The notes below the pieces were generated by a model. That model ran no database searches. It was not told where the DNA came from and worked only from the letters and a program-made list of their open reading frames with translations. Positions 1 to 7,210 of a stretch of DNA of 34,012 nt are shown piece after piece (position 1 is the stretch's first letter; each line of letters opens with the position of its first letter). Origin of the DNA: a virus (Duplodnaviria; Caudoviricetes); the IMG/VR virus record IMGVR_UViG_3300017783_000100, positions 1 to 34,012 of that record; one strand, 5' to 3'. A program made the position numbers and the translations under genes.

Positions 1-476
1 AAATTAACATATAAAGCAAAGTTATCTCCTAAAAGATCTTGATAGGTTTCTAAAAGTTTGTATACACTTTTCCAAGTTGAAAATACACTTGCTCGAGGTA
101 ACTTTCTATCTCTTGAAAAATTAGAGATAAAAGATATCATTGGATGAGTATAAACCATAACCATAAATACATCATATCCTTTAGCTAAAAGATCTCTAAC
201 TTTAGAAGGATTAGATGCTGTTGTATCCCAAATAAAAGACTCACCTTTCTCACTTGCAGCTACTACATCTTTATCTACCTGACCTGATGCTGCGCTTAAG
301 TTGTTATGGTATGGATGTTTAGGATCTTCAACGTATGTGTCAGGGTTATACTGTTTTAATCCTTCGAGGCCGAGCTGTTTTAAAAGATAAGATTTACCGG
401 TACCTGCACCTCCGGCCATAATAACGGCTTTAGGTTTACCATTTTGCTCTAATATAATATCTGATAATTTAATCAT
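1..476 (-). CDS. Zeta-toxin-like / AAA_33 P-loop kinase (partial, runs off window start)
   Basis: Not in the ORF track. Hand translation from ATG at 476 gives MIKLSDIILEQNGKPKAVIMAGGAGTGKSYLL...YNPDTYVE...FIWDTTASN...VFMVMV. It has a Walker A motif (GxxGxGKS), an NPD motif and hhhDTT, as in zeta-like kinases. The start overlaps the stop of 469..747. Confidence 0.8.
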   Translation of the reverse strand, partial: MIKLSDIILEQNGKPKAVIMAGGAGTGKSYLLKQLGLEGLKQYNPDTYVEDPKHPYHNNLSAASGQVDKDVVAASEKGESFIWDTTASNPSKVRDLLAKGYDVFMVMVYTHPMISFISNFSRDRKLPRASVFSTWKSVYKLLETYQDLLGDNFALYVN

Positions 477-747
477 TTTTTCTTTTATAATTCCTGTTCT
501 CTCCACTTCTCCTACCTTTAGCTTCAACTCTTACTTTAGGTTTAACTACAATTACCCTTTTAGGTATGTAGTAAGGAGTATAGTATTTATACCTCCTATA
601 CTGTGGTCGATACGAATACGGATAATATTGATTTTCTACTATAACCGTTGTTTGTTTCACCGGAATATGTCCTAGCGTTGCTAACTCGAACGTACCACAG
701 CTATATAAAGATAAGAAAAAAAACGCAATTATCCAAATGTTTTTCAT
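469..747 (-). CDS. Small predicted lipoprotein (Tyr/Pro-rich, basic C-terminus)
   Basis: MKNIWIIAFFFLSLYSC|GT has a basic n-region, a hydrophobic h-region and a lipobox-like LYSC. ATGA overlap with the upstream gene. Confidence 0.65.
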   Translation of the reverse strand: MKNIWIIAFFFLSLYSCGTFELATLGHIPVKQTTVIVENQYYPYSYRPQYRRYKYYTPYYIPKRVIVVKPKVRVEAKGRRSGENRNYKRKND

Positions 748-1526
748 AGTTTTAGAGTTGTCGGGTAACTATTATAAATAGGTTCAACTGTAGGGTTCTC
801 TAAGTTATAAAGTTTATAGATAGTTTCGAATAAATCAAAGTTGTAATCTATTTCATCTACTACTTTTATCTTCCAACCTTTACCTTGATATACTCCTTCT
901 TTTTTAGACGGACCTCTAGAATGAGCTTTTAACCATACAATTCCTGTTCTTTGTATCTCAATACCTTTAGTTTCTTTCAAGGCTTTGGCGTAAGCAGCTA
1001 ACTGGAGGTCATAAGATTTATGTAAACTATTAGAAGTTTTTAAATCGAGCAACCATACTTCTCCATCCATCTTTACTACTAAATCTGCAGTACCGGCATA
1101 CTTATATTCGTCTGAAAAAACAAAGTCTTCGGTTGATATTAATTCAGGTTTATGTGTATTCCAAAACTCGTAAAACTTTAAAATCATACCCCATACTAAC
1201 TGAGAGTATTTAGCGTTTCCGTAATCGTCCATCCAGGAGACTTCTTCTCCTTTAACTAAAGCTTCAGCAGCTTCATGGACTTGAGTACCTTCTTTACCGG
1301 CACGTCTCATAATAAGATCGGCATTATGCCCAACGTCTTTTAACCAATTGTCAAAAAACTTATTCTTGGGCATATACTGGAGTATAGTAGTTACGGACGG
1401 ATAGTATACTCCTTCCGATCTCTTATAAACTCTCCTATCAAGAAAGTTAATCTGTTGAAGTTGCGGTTTGAATTCTAGTCTGCTTTTAGCATTCTCTTTT
1501 AGAATATTCATTCCTTGCTGTATCAT
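744..1526 (-). CDS. PD-(D/E)XK (Cas4-like) phage exonuclease
   Basis: Motifs YPSVTTIL, GTQVH, YAGTADL, LLDLKTS and QLAAYA. Confidence 0.88.
   Translation of the reverse strand: MIQQGMNILKENAKSRLEFKPQLQQINFLDRRVYKRSEGVYYPSVTTILQYMPKNKFFDNWLKDVGHNADLIMRRAGKEGTQVHEAAEALVKGEEVSWMDDYGNAKYSQLVWGMILKFYEFWNTHKPELISTEDFVFSDEYKYAGTADLVVKMDGEVWLLDLKTSNSLHKSYDLQLAAYAKALKETKGIEIQRTGIVWLKAHSRGPSKKEGVYQGKGWKIKVVDEIDYNFDLFETIYKLYNLENPTVEPIYNSYPTTLKL
773..780 (-). promoter_or_regulatory. Candidate late promoter TATTTATA for the lipoprotein/kinase genes
   Basis: CTATTTATAATA lies inside the 3' end of the nuclease gene, 25 nt before ATG 747. The same 12-mer occurs at 32297-32308. Confidence 0.5.
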
Positions 1527-2446
1527 AGGTCTAATTTATGCACCATCAGACTTGACAGGTCTAACTCTTGTGCTTGTTGAATGTGGGAAGTAAAATCTTT
1601 GAACCCCATTTCGGATGGATCTTTGTCTTTCATATCCACCATAAAGACTTTTTTGCCTTGGTTTAAAAACGTTTCTGCTATTTCTAATGCTTTATCTTGT
1701 GCATCTAAGTCTAATGCAATATAGATATCTGTTAACGGGCTGGTTAGTATTTTTTTATATAAACTCTTTGAGATGTTTTTTCCTAATATAGGAATAGCAT
1801 TTCGACGAATGGCAATGGCATCGAATGCTCCTTCACATAAAATAATAGGCTGGTTCCAGTTTATAAGATTCTCAAAAAAGATTATGTCTTTGGAAGCTTC
1901 AGGATTTTTGTACTTAAAGTAGCTGCCATCATAACTTCTTGCAATAAAATAATTGAGCTGATTGGATGCAGAATAGCTTGGGATAACGACTCTTCCTCCA
2001 TATTCTCCACTTGTGCAGTATCCAATATCATATTTAATAAAATCATTGTCGCAAAGTCCTCTCTCATATAAGTATTTTTTTACTAGATTAGCAACTACGG
2101 ATGTGGTTGAAGCGGAATATAAAGGTTGGTATTCTTTCGGTAGTTCTATTATAGATAGCTGCTTGTACTGTATTTGTGAACCTTTGGGTAAGTACTTAAG
2201 TATCTCAGCTGCTTGGTCTCTCGGTGTTTTAAGCTGTCTAAGGAGTGATCTAATAGTACGACCTCTGGTTTGACACACCCAGCATTCCCAAGGATTCTGT
2301 CCTTCTTCGTTGGTTGCCATGTTGATCTCCAGCTTAGGCTTCCGGTGATTGCAGAAAGGGCAATGAAAAGCGTAATTCTCTCTAGCTCTTTTATGAGATT
2401 TACCTAAAATATTCTCAATCGAACCTAGTAGAAATGTATAATCCAT
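1523..2446 (-). CDS. DNA primase (zinc finger + TOPRIM; DnaG/T4 gp61-like)
   Basis: CPFC...CWVC zinc ribbon, YLYERG, RVVIP, KYKNP, CEGAFDA, ALDLDA and KDPSE. Confidence 0.93.
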   Translation of the reverse strand: MDYTFLLGSIENILGKSHKRARENYAFHCPFCNHRKPKLEINMATNEEGQNPWECWVCQTRGRTIRSLLRQLKTPRDQAAEILKYLPKGSQIQYKQLSIIELPKEYQPLYSASTTSVVANLVKKYLYERGLCDNDFIKYDIGYCTSGEYGGRVVIPSYSASNQLNYFIARSYDGSYFKYKNPEASKDIIFFENLINWNQPIILCEGAFDAIAIRRNAIPILGKNISKSLYKKILTSPLTDIYIALDLDAQDKALEIAETFLNQGKKVFMVDMKDKDPSEMGFKDFTSHIQQAQELDLSSLMVHKLDL

Positions 2447-2470
2447 AGGGAGTCCGTAACTATTATCTAT

Positions 2471-2499
2471 AATATACGAAAAGTATCTGAAATAGGCAA
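2471..2499 (-). promoter_or_regulatory. Host-sigma-type (early/middle) promoter for primase-exonuclease
   Basis: The minus strand reads TTGCCT-N17-TATATT (context TTTTCG-TATATT) in the 54-bp gap upstream of the primase ATG. Confidence 0.65.
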
Positions 2500-2500
2500 C

Positions 2501-2914
2501 TTATGATACATCCATTTCGGTAGTATCTATAGCAATACCATGATCTTTCATAGCATCGATTACTTTATCGATTTTTTTATCTGTAGATATATCAACCCCG
2601 GAAGTGTCCTGTAGGAAGTCTTTTACTCTTTTAAGATCGTCGTCTCTTTGTTTTTCTCCGTCTATAGAGATAGAATATAAATCACCATTAGTTGTATAAG
2701 CGATAGTAATTTGTTCGATATTATCATTCCACCCTTCGTTAATGGTATCCATCGCTTCTGCTACTGCTACTCTGATTGTACCTTGGAGTAGACCATCATT
2801 TGGAATATCGTACTTTTCAGAGATAGCGTTAGAGACATGCTCTACGATTACATCGTATTTTTGCATCTCTCCTGCAATACTCAGCTCACTAAGAATAATA
2901 TCGGTTAATTTCAT
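2501..2914 (-). CDS. Acidic hypothetical protein, possible internal head protein
   Basis: N-terminus MKLTDIILSE resembles a capsid-targeting sequence. ATGA overlap with the 47-aa ORF. Confidence 0.6.
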   Translation of the reverse strand: MKLTDIILSELSIAGEMQKYDVIVEHVSNAISEKYDIPNDGLLQGTIRVAVAEAMDTINEGWNDNIEQITIAYTTNGDLYSISIDGEKQRDDDLKRVKDFLQDTSGVDISTDKKIDKVIDAMKDHGIAIDTTEMDVS

Positions 2915-3054
2915 CTTCCTTGTCCTCTATATTTCTTTCTGTAGTTTTTACTACTTTTTAATTTCGACGTTTTAGACTTAGCATGTACGCCCGGTCTTTT
3001 TTTTGCTGGGTTATCTAAAACTATAGCGCTTCCAAAAGCTCCTTTTTTTGCCAT
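2911..3054 (-). CDS. 47-aa highly basic small protein ending in YRGQGR
   Basis: Not in the ORF track. Hand translation gives MAKKGAFGSAIVLDNPAKKRPGVHAKSKTSKLKSSKNYRKKYRGQGR*. Its TGA overlaps the next ATG. The C-terminus resembles small basic proteins of T4-like marine phages (recalled, not searched). Confidence 0.8.
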   Translation of the reverse strand: MAKKGAFGSAIVLDNPAKKRPGVHAKSKTSKLKSSKNYRKKYRGQGR

Positions 3055-3056
3055 CG

Positions 3057-3122
3057 TTACTCGTTACAACTACACCCGCAATCACACTCTCCGTCAAGAC
3101 AGTTTTTACAATTACAGTTCAT
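3057..3122 (-). CDS. 21-aa Cys-rich, metallothionein-like micropeptide
   Basis: Not in the ORF track. MNCNCKNCLDGECDCGCSCNE* has 7 Cys. Its ATG overlaps the cupin TGA (ATGA) and its TAA ends 2 nt before the next ATG. Confidence 0.7.
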   Translation of the reverse strand: MNCNCKNCLDGECDCGCSCNE

Positions 3123-3388
3123 AGTTTAATTACTTTAAGTTTTAAATCTCCGGTACCTTTAATCAATCTATGATATGTACCCTTTTCTATAAATAGTCTA
3201 CCTAAATCTATAGGTACTTCGTTGTCGTACTGGAATTGCCAGTCAGTTTCATGGAGAGGTTCTATAATACGATCTTCTCTGTCTTTATGCCAGACTAACT
3301 CGTCTTGAGTAACTTCTTGAGTAAAAACTCTCTCTTGACCTTCTTCTACGTAAGGTCTACCAGTATCCTGAAAAGTTTCTTTTTCCAC
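3119..3388 (-). CDS. Small cupin-fold putative metalloprotein
   Basis: WHKDREDR (H-x-D-x-E) and LFIEKGTYHRLIKG match cupin motifs 1 and 2. The GTG start overlaps the upstream gene by 32 nt and is uncertain. Confidence 0.65.
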   Translation of the reverse strand: MEKETFQDTGRPYVEEGQERVFTQEVTQDELVWHKDREDRIIEPLHETDWQFQYDNEVPIDLGRLFIEKGTYHRLIKGTGDLKLKVIKL

Positions 3389-3902
3389 CTAATGATTTCC
3401 AATAACGTCCAATATTACAAGCCCAGTATCCTGGTGCTGTTTTGTCTTTTTTCTGTGCACATTTATGACGAGCGGCAAATGAAGCTCTAGCTCCAGGCTC
3501 ATCTATTTTTACGTTTAATCCTGTTGTGCCTCCAAAATTAACTTTTACTACGTTTCCTTTAGCGTTCTTAGTATAAACTACAAACTTTTTAGGACCACCT
3601 CTTTTAGGCTTATTTAACGGTACGTCTTTACCTCTGTATTCTGCTTCGTCGACTGTGGGTAGATCTAAAGGTACTTTGTCTCCTTCATATAGACCATACT
3701 CTCCTATGTCGGTAGATTCTAATAATTCTAAGTCTTCTTCGTTGAGTTGTATTTTGCCGTCTCTAAGGGCTTCTCTAGCTTCTTTAAATAAAGATATAAA
3801 CTTCTCGCTAGAATAACGGTAGACATTCTCGTGTAAAGTGAGTCCATGTTCTACATGGTAGTTTAACGATGGAATATCTATAAGATCTTTTATCTTAATC
3901 AT
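3357..3902 (-). CDS. Conserved-looking phage hypothetical protein (acidic N-half, basic C-domain; possibly DUF6321-like)
   Basis: C-domain AEYRGKDVPLNKPKRGGPKKFVVY...KVNFG...RASFAARHKC...GYWAC. The family name is recalled, not verified. Confidence 0.6.
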   Translation of the reverse strand: MIKIKDLIDIPSLNYHVEHGLTLHENVYRYSSEKFISLFKEAREALRDGKIQLNEEDLELLESTDIGEYGLYEGDKVPLDLPTVDEAEYRGKDVPLNKPKRGGPKKFVVYTKNAKGNVVKVNFGGTTGLNVKIDEPGARASFAARHKCAQKKDKTAPGYWACNIGRYWKSLGGKRNFSGYW

Positions 3903-4377
3903 TTATGAAATCTTTCTTATAAAACTTACCTAAAATGTTATCGTTTATATAGTTATTTCTTTGCTCCAGTACCTCTTTTATAAATAGATACTTACACTCA
4001 TAATACGTTAGAAGCTTTTTATTTGGTACAAAGGTAAGAATTTTTCTTTCAAATTCAAACTGTTTTCCTTCTTTTACAAGCTGAACTATATCTTTATGAG
4101 AACCGTAATAATCTTTCCAATCTGATTCTTTTATTACTTTCTTTTTAGCCGGTACCCTACCGCCTATACCTTTTGCTTTTCTTTCTTCTTTTAAAGCTTC
4201 GGTTTCTCTTTTACCTATTCTAACGTTGCGTTCGAAAAATAAAACTTTTTTACCTAAATACTTTCTGTCGGTAGGTTTGTGTAATACTTCGTATATGAAG
4301 CCGTAAGTATTTTCTGGCATGTCAGAAATATCTGTTATAATCTTTCCTTCATACCACCATGTGGGTATTGTAACCAT
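3895..4377 (-). CDS. denA: GIY-YIG nuclease, T4 endonuclease II (DenA)-like
   Basis: GFIY...YLGKK, ESDWKDYYGS, FERKIL, YYE and YINDNILGKF follow the EndoII-like pattern. Confidence 0.72.
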   Translation of the reverse strand: MVTIPTWWYEGKIITDISDMPENTYGFIYEVLHKPTDRKYLGKKVLFFERNVRIGKRETEALKEERKAKGIGGRVPAKKKVIKESDWKDYYGSHKDIVQLVKEGKQFEFERKILTFVPNKKLLTYYECKYLFIKEVLEQRNNYINDNILGKFYKKDFIND

Positions 4378-4386
4378 ATAAAAAAT

Positions 4387-5784
4387 TTATGCAAACGATA
4401 TTTTACAAATTGCTGTACCGTTTGGTGAAAAGTATAAACAACCGGCTCCTGCTGAACCAGAAACCCATATTGCTCCGGCGGTAAGTGGATTAGGTGTTGA
4501 ACCTAAAGTTCTTATATTCATAGTAGAATTAGAACCTGAGATGTTAAGGTTGTTTACAAATGTTTGACATTGCTGATGATAAAAAGATTTTCTGTAGCAT
4601 GCATCTGCGTTGTATTCTTCTGTAGATGTTACGCAGCTTTCCCCAGCAAAAGCTATAGCCGAATCTTTACTTCCTCCATATCCATGTCGTTGCCTGGTAG
4701 CTGGTAATGCTGTTCCGACTGACCAAGTAGTACCGTTGTATTCTTCAGTACAGGTTCTATTAGCAGTAGGATTCCCTCCGTACCCTAAAGCAGCATTTTG
4801 TACTCCAGCAGCGCCTGAGTTTACTCTGTTATTATTTAAATTTCCACTATTAGACCAAGTAGTGCCGTTATACTCTTCTGTACAATTAGTCGTCAACATA
4901 GGGATGCCTGCGTTTCCTCCAAATCCTAATCCTGCATTTTGTGTTCCTGTGCCTGTAATTGTCGATCTTCCTAAATTTAAACTGTTTGATGTTGACCAAG
5001 AATTACCATTATATTCTTCAGTACAAGTTAGGTAATCACCAGGAACACCTGCGTTAAGTCCACCAAAAGCTAACGCTGCGTTTTGAGTTCCTAATCCTCC
5101 TAGTCTAGCTCTACTTTGATTTAAGTTAACCACTACAGACCAAGTGTCACCGTTATATTCCTCAGTTTGATCGGAATAGTTAATCGTAGGAGCACTTATT
5201 CCTCCGAACGATAAAGCAGCATTTTGTGTTCCGGCTCCTCCCATCCCACAAGCCTTAGTATTTAAATTACCTGAATTAGACCAGGTCGAACCGTTATATT
5301 CTTCAGTAGCTGCTGTGTGAAATGGAGCACCAAATCCTTGATTGTAACCTCCAAAACCTAATGCTGCGTTTTGTGTTCCTGCACTTCCAATACTGTCTCT
5401 ACCGGTACTCATAGTACCACCGGCTGACCATGCACCGTTGGAAGATGAAAGGTAATTAAATTCATTTGAACCGTCTACTTTTAGACCGCCGATTATATCT
5501 GCTTGACCTTCGAAAGGAAAAGGATTAACTTCGGTTAAACCGCTTCCATCACCGTTTATTGAACCAGATATAACAGTTATATTTCCTTCAACTTCTAAAG
5601 AACCTGATATACCGGCAGAACCGGTGTATGGAAAATCATCTACTGCACCACCTCCAGATATTCCGGTCAAACCGCTACCGTCTCCTACAAAAGAGCCGCT
5701 TAAAGAACCACTATATCTACCGGGTAGATCTGTTGTAAGACCTCCGGTTGTAATATTAATTGATCCTGTTAATTGTAGTGCCAT
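4387..5784 (-). CDS. Tail-fibre/receptor-binding protein with six-bladed Kelch-like propeller (paralog C)
   Basis: Six GTQNAALxFGG...TEEYNGxxWS repeats, N-terminal GSFVGDGSGLTG fibre motif and C-terminal GCLYFSPNGTAICKISFA. Confidence 0.8.
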   Translation of the reverse strand: MALQLTGSINITTGGLTTDLPGRYSGSLSGSFVGDGSGLTGISGGGAVDDFPYTGSAGISGSLEVEGNITVISGSINGDGSGLTEVNPFPFEGQADIIGGLKVDGSNEFNYLSSSNGAWSAGGTMSTGRDSIGSAGTQNAALGFGGYNQGFGAPFHTAATEEYNGSTWSNSGNLNTKACGMGGAGTQNAALSFGGISAPTINYSDQTEEYNGDTWSVVVNLNQSRARLGGLGTQNAALAFGGLNAGVPGDYLTCTEEYNGNSWSTSNSLNLGRSTITGTGTQNAGLGFGGNAGIPMLTTNCTEEYNGTTWSNSGNLNNNRVNSGAAGVQNAALGYGGNPTANRTCTEEYNGTTWSVGTALPATRQRHGYGGSKDSAIAFAGESCVTSTEEYNADACYRKSFYHQQCQTFVNNLNISGSNSTMNIRTLGSTPNPLTAGAIWVSGSAGAGCLYFSPNGTAICKISFA

Positions 5785-5794
5785 AGTTTAATAG

Positions 5795-7201
5795 TTAAGC
5801 AAATGATATTTTACAAATTGATGTTCCGTCTGGTGAAAAGTATAAACAGCCGCTGTTAGCTGAACCCGATTGCCAAATCATTCCTTCGGTCAATGGGTCG
5901 GGTGTTGTATCTCTATTTGCCAGATTAAGTAAAGCATCTGCTGTTGCAGATCCTGTCACATATAATTGGTTTGAATATACGGTATTCTGTTGACTATAAA
6001 AGTGTTTTCTATAGCATGCATCTGCGTTGTATTCTTCTGTACAGCTTCTAAAACCAGGGGAACTCCCGCCAAAAGCTAAAGCAATATTCTGTTGTCCTGC
6101 TCCACCCGGGCACATACGTGCTGTAGCTAAATTTTCACTAGTAGACCAAGTAGTACCGTTGTATTTTTCTGAAGTAGCAAGTACTACGGTAGGACTAGTC
6201 CATCCTGCAAATGCTAATGCTGCATTTTGTATCCCTGCTCCTCCTGCGTTATACTTAGGGGTAGGTAAAGCTCCGCCTTGTTCCCATGATACTCCGTTAT
6301 ATTCTTCTGTACAACTTGCAACTGGGTTTCCACCGAATGCTAAACCTGCGTTTTGAGTTCCTGCTCCTGCTAAACGAATTCTAGCACAAAGCAGAGAACC
6401 GCCGGCAGACCATGATGATCCATTATATTCTTCAGTACAGGATACATTACAAGTAGGTGTTGCACCGCCGCATTGACCGCCGAATGCTAAACCTGCGTTT
6501 TGAGTTCCTGCACCACCTAAATAACATCTACATATGTTTAATGCACCGCCTATACTCCAAGATGATCCATTATATTCTTCAGTAGAAGTTAAGATTACAG
6601 GAGGATCTTGTCCACCGAATGCTAAACCTGCGTTTTGAGTTCCTGCTCCTGCAAGTTCGTCTCTAGCTGTGTTTAAATCCCCACCTACTGACCAAGATGA
6701 ACCGTTGTATTCTTCTGTGTATGCTCGTTGATAAGGTGATGGATTTGAATAACCCCCAAAAGCTAAAGCAGCATTTTGTGTTCCTGCTCCACCTAAACCT
6801 GTGCGAGCAAAATTCATATCTCCTCCTGCAGACCATGCACCGTTAGATGAACTAGCAAAATTAAATTCAAACTCTCCATCTAATTTAAATCCTCCTATAA
6901 TATCGGCTTGTCCTTCGAAAGGAAATATCTGTACATCTGTAAGACCGCTTCCATCTCCTATTATAGAACCGGATATTACTTCTGTAATTCCGTCTACTTC
7001 TAAAGAGCCTGAAATGATTGCTGAACCGGTATATGGAAAATCACTACTACCACCTCCACCCCCACCCCCACCGGTTATTCCGGTAAGACCAGACCCATCT
7101 CCTACTAGAGAACCTGAGAAAGAACCACTATAGACTCCGTCTCGGTCGGTAGTAATACCGCCTGAGGTTAAATTGATCGATCCTGTTAGTACTAGTGTCA
7201 T
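5795..7201 (-). CDS. Tail-fibre/receptor-binding protein with six-bladed Kelch-like propeller (paralog B)
   Basis: Same architecture, six blades and C-terminal GCLYFSPDGTSICKISFA. Confidence 0.8.
   Translation of the reverse strand: MTLVLTGSINLTSGGITTDRDGVYSGSFSGSLVGDGSGLTGITGGGGGGGGSSDFPYTGSAIISGSLEVDGITEVISGSIIGDGSGLTDVQIFPFEGQADIIGGFKLDGEFEFNFASSSNGAWSAGGDMNFARTGLGGAGTQNAALAFGGYSNPSPYQRAYTEEYNGSSWSVGGDLNTARDELAGAGTQNAGLAFGGQDPPVILTSTEEYNGSSWSIGGALNICRCYLGGAGTQNAGLAFGGQCGGATPTCNVSCTEEYNGSSWSAGGSLLCARIRLAGAGTQNAGLAFGGNPVASCTEEYNGVSWEQGGALPTPKYNAGGAGIQNAALAFAGWTSPTVVLATSEKYNGTTWSTSENLATARMCPGGAGQQNIALAFGGSSPGFRSCTEEYNADACYRKHFYSQQNTVYSNQLYVTGSATADALLNLANRDTTPDPLTEGMIWQSGSANSGCLYFSPDGTSICKISFA
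6329..6652. repeat. Three identical 32-bp blade repeats within Kelch paralog B
   Basis: CCGAATGCTAAACCTGCGTTTTGAGTTCCTGC occurs at 6333, 6480 and 6615. Copies 1 and 3 are identical over 42 bp (6329-6370, 6611-6652). Confidence 0.9.
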
Positions 7202-7210
7202 ATGTTATTA

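Noticed and set aside
1882-2067. Nested minus-strand ORF inside primase (likewise 28780-29010 inside gp6)
   Set aside because: These are short alternative frames within well-supported genes, with no coding features.
3895-4377. Mobile homing endonuclease
   Set aside because: It is a short single-domain EndoII-like protein with no NUMOD/HTH tail and no interrupted host gene.
6329-6652. CRISPR-like repeat-spacer appearance
   Set aside because: The repeats are in-frame Kelch blade codons with 103-115 nt between copies, and there is no leader or cas operon. The Cas4-like gene is a common solo phage nuclease.
7049-7074. Poly-Gly tract in Kelch paralog B as a slippage switch
   Set aside because: It uses mixed Gly codons and acts as a simple flexible linker. 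Codon-length changes would stay in frame.
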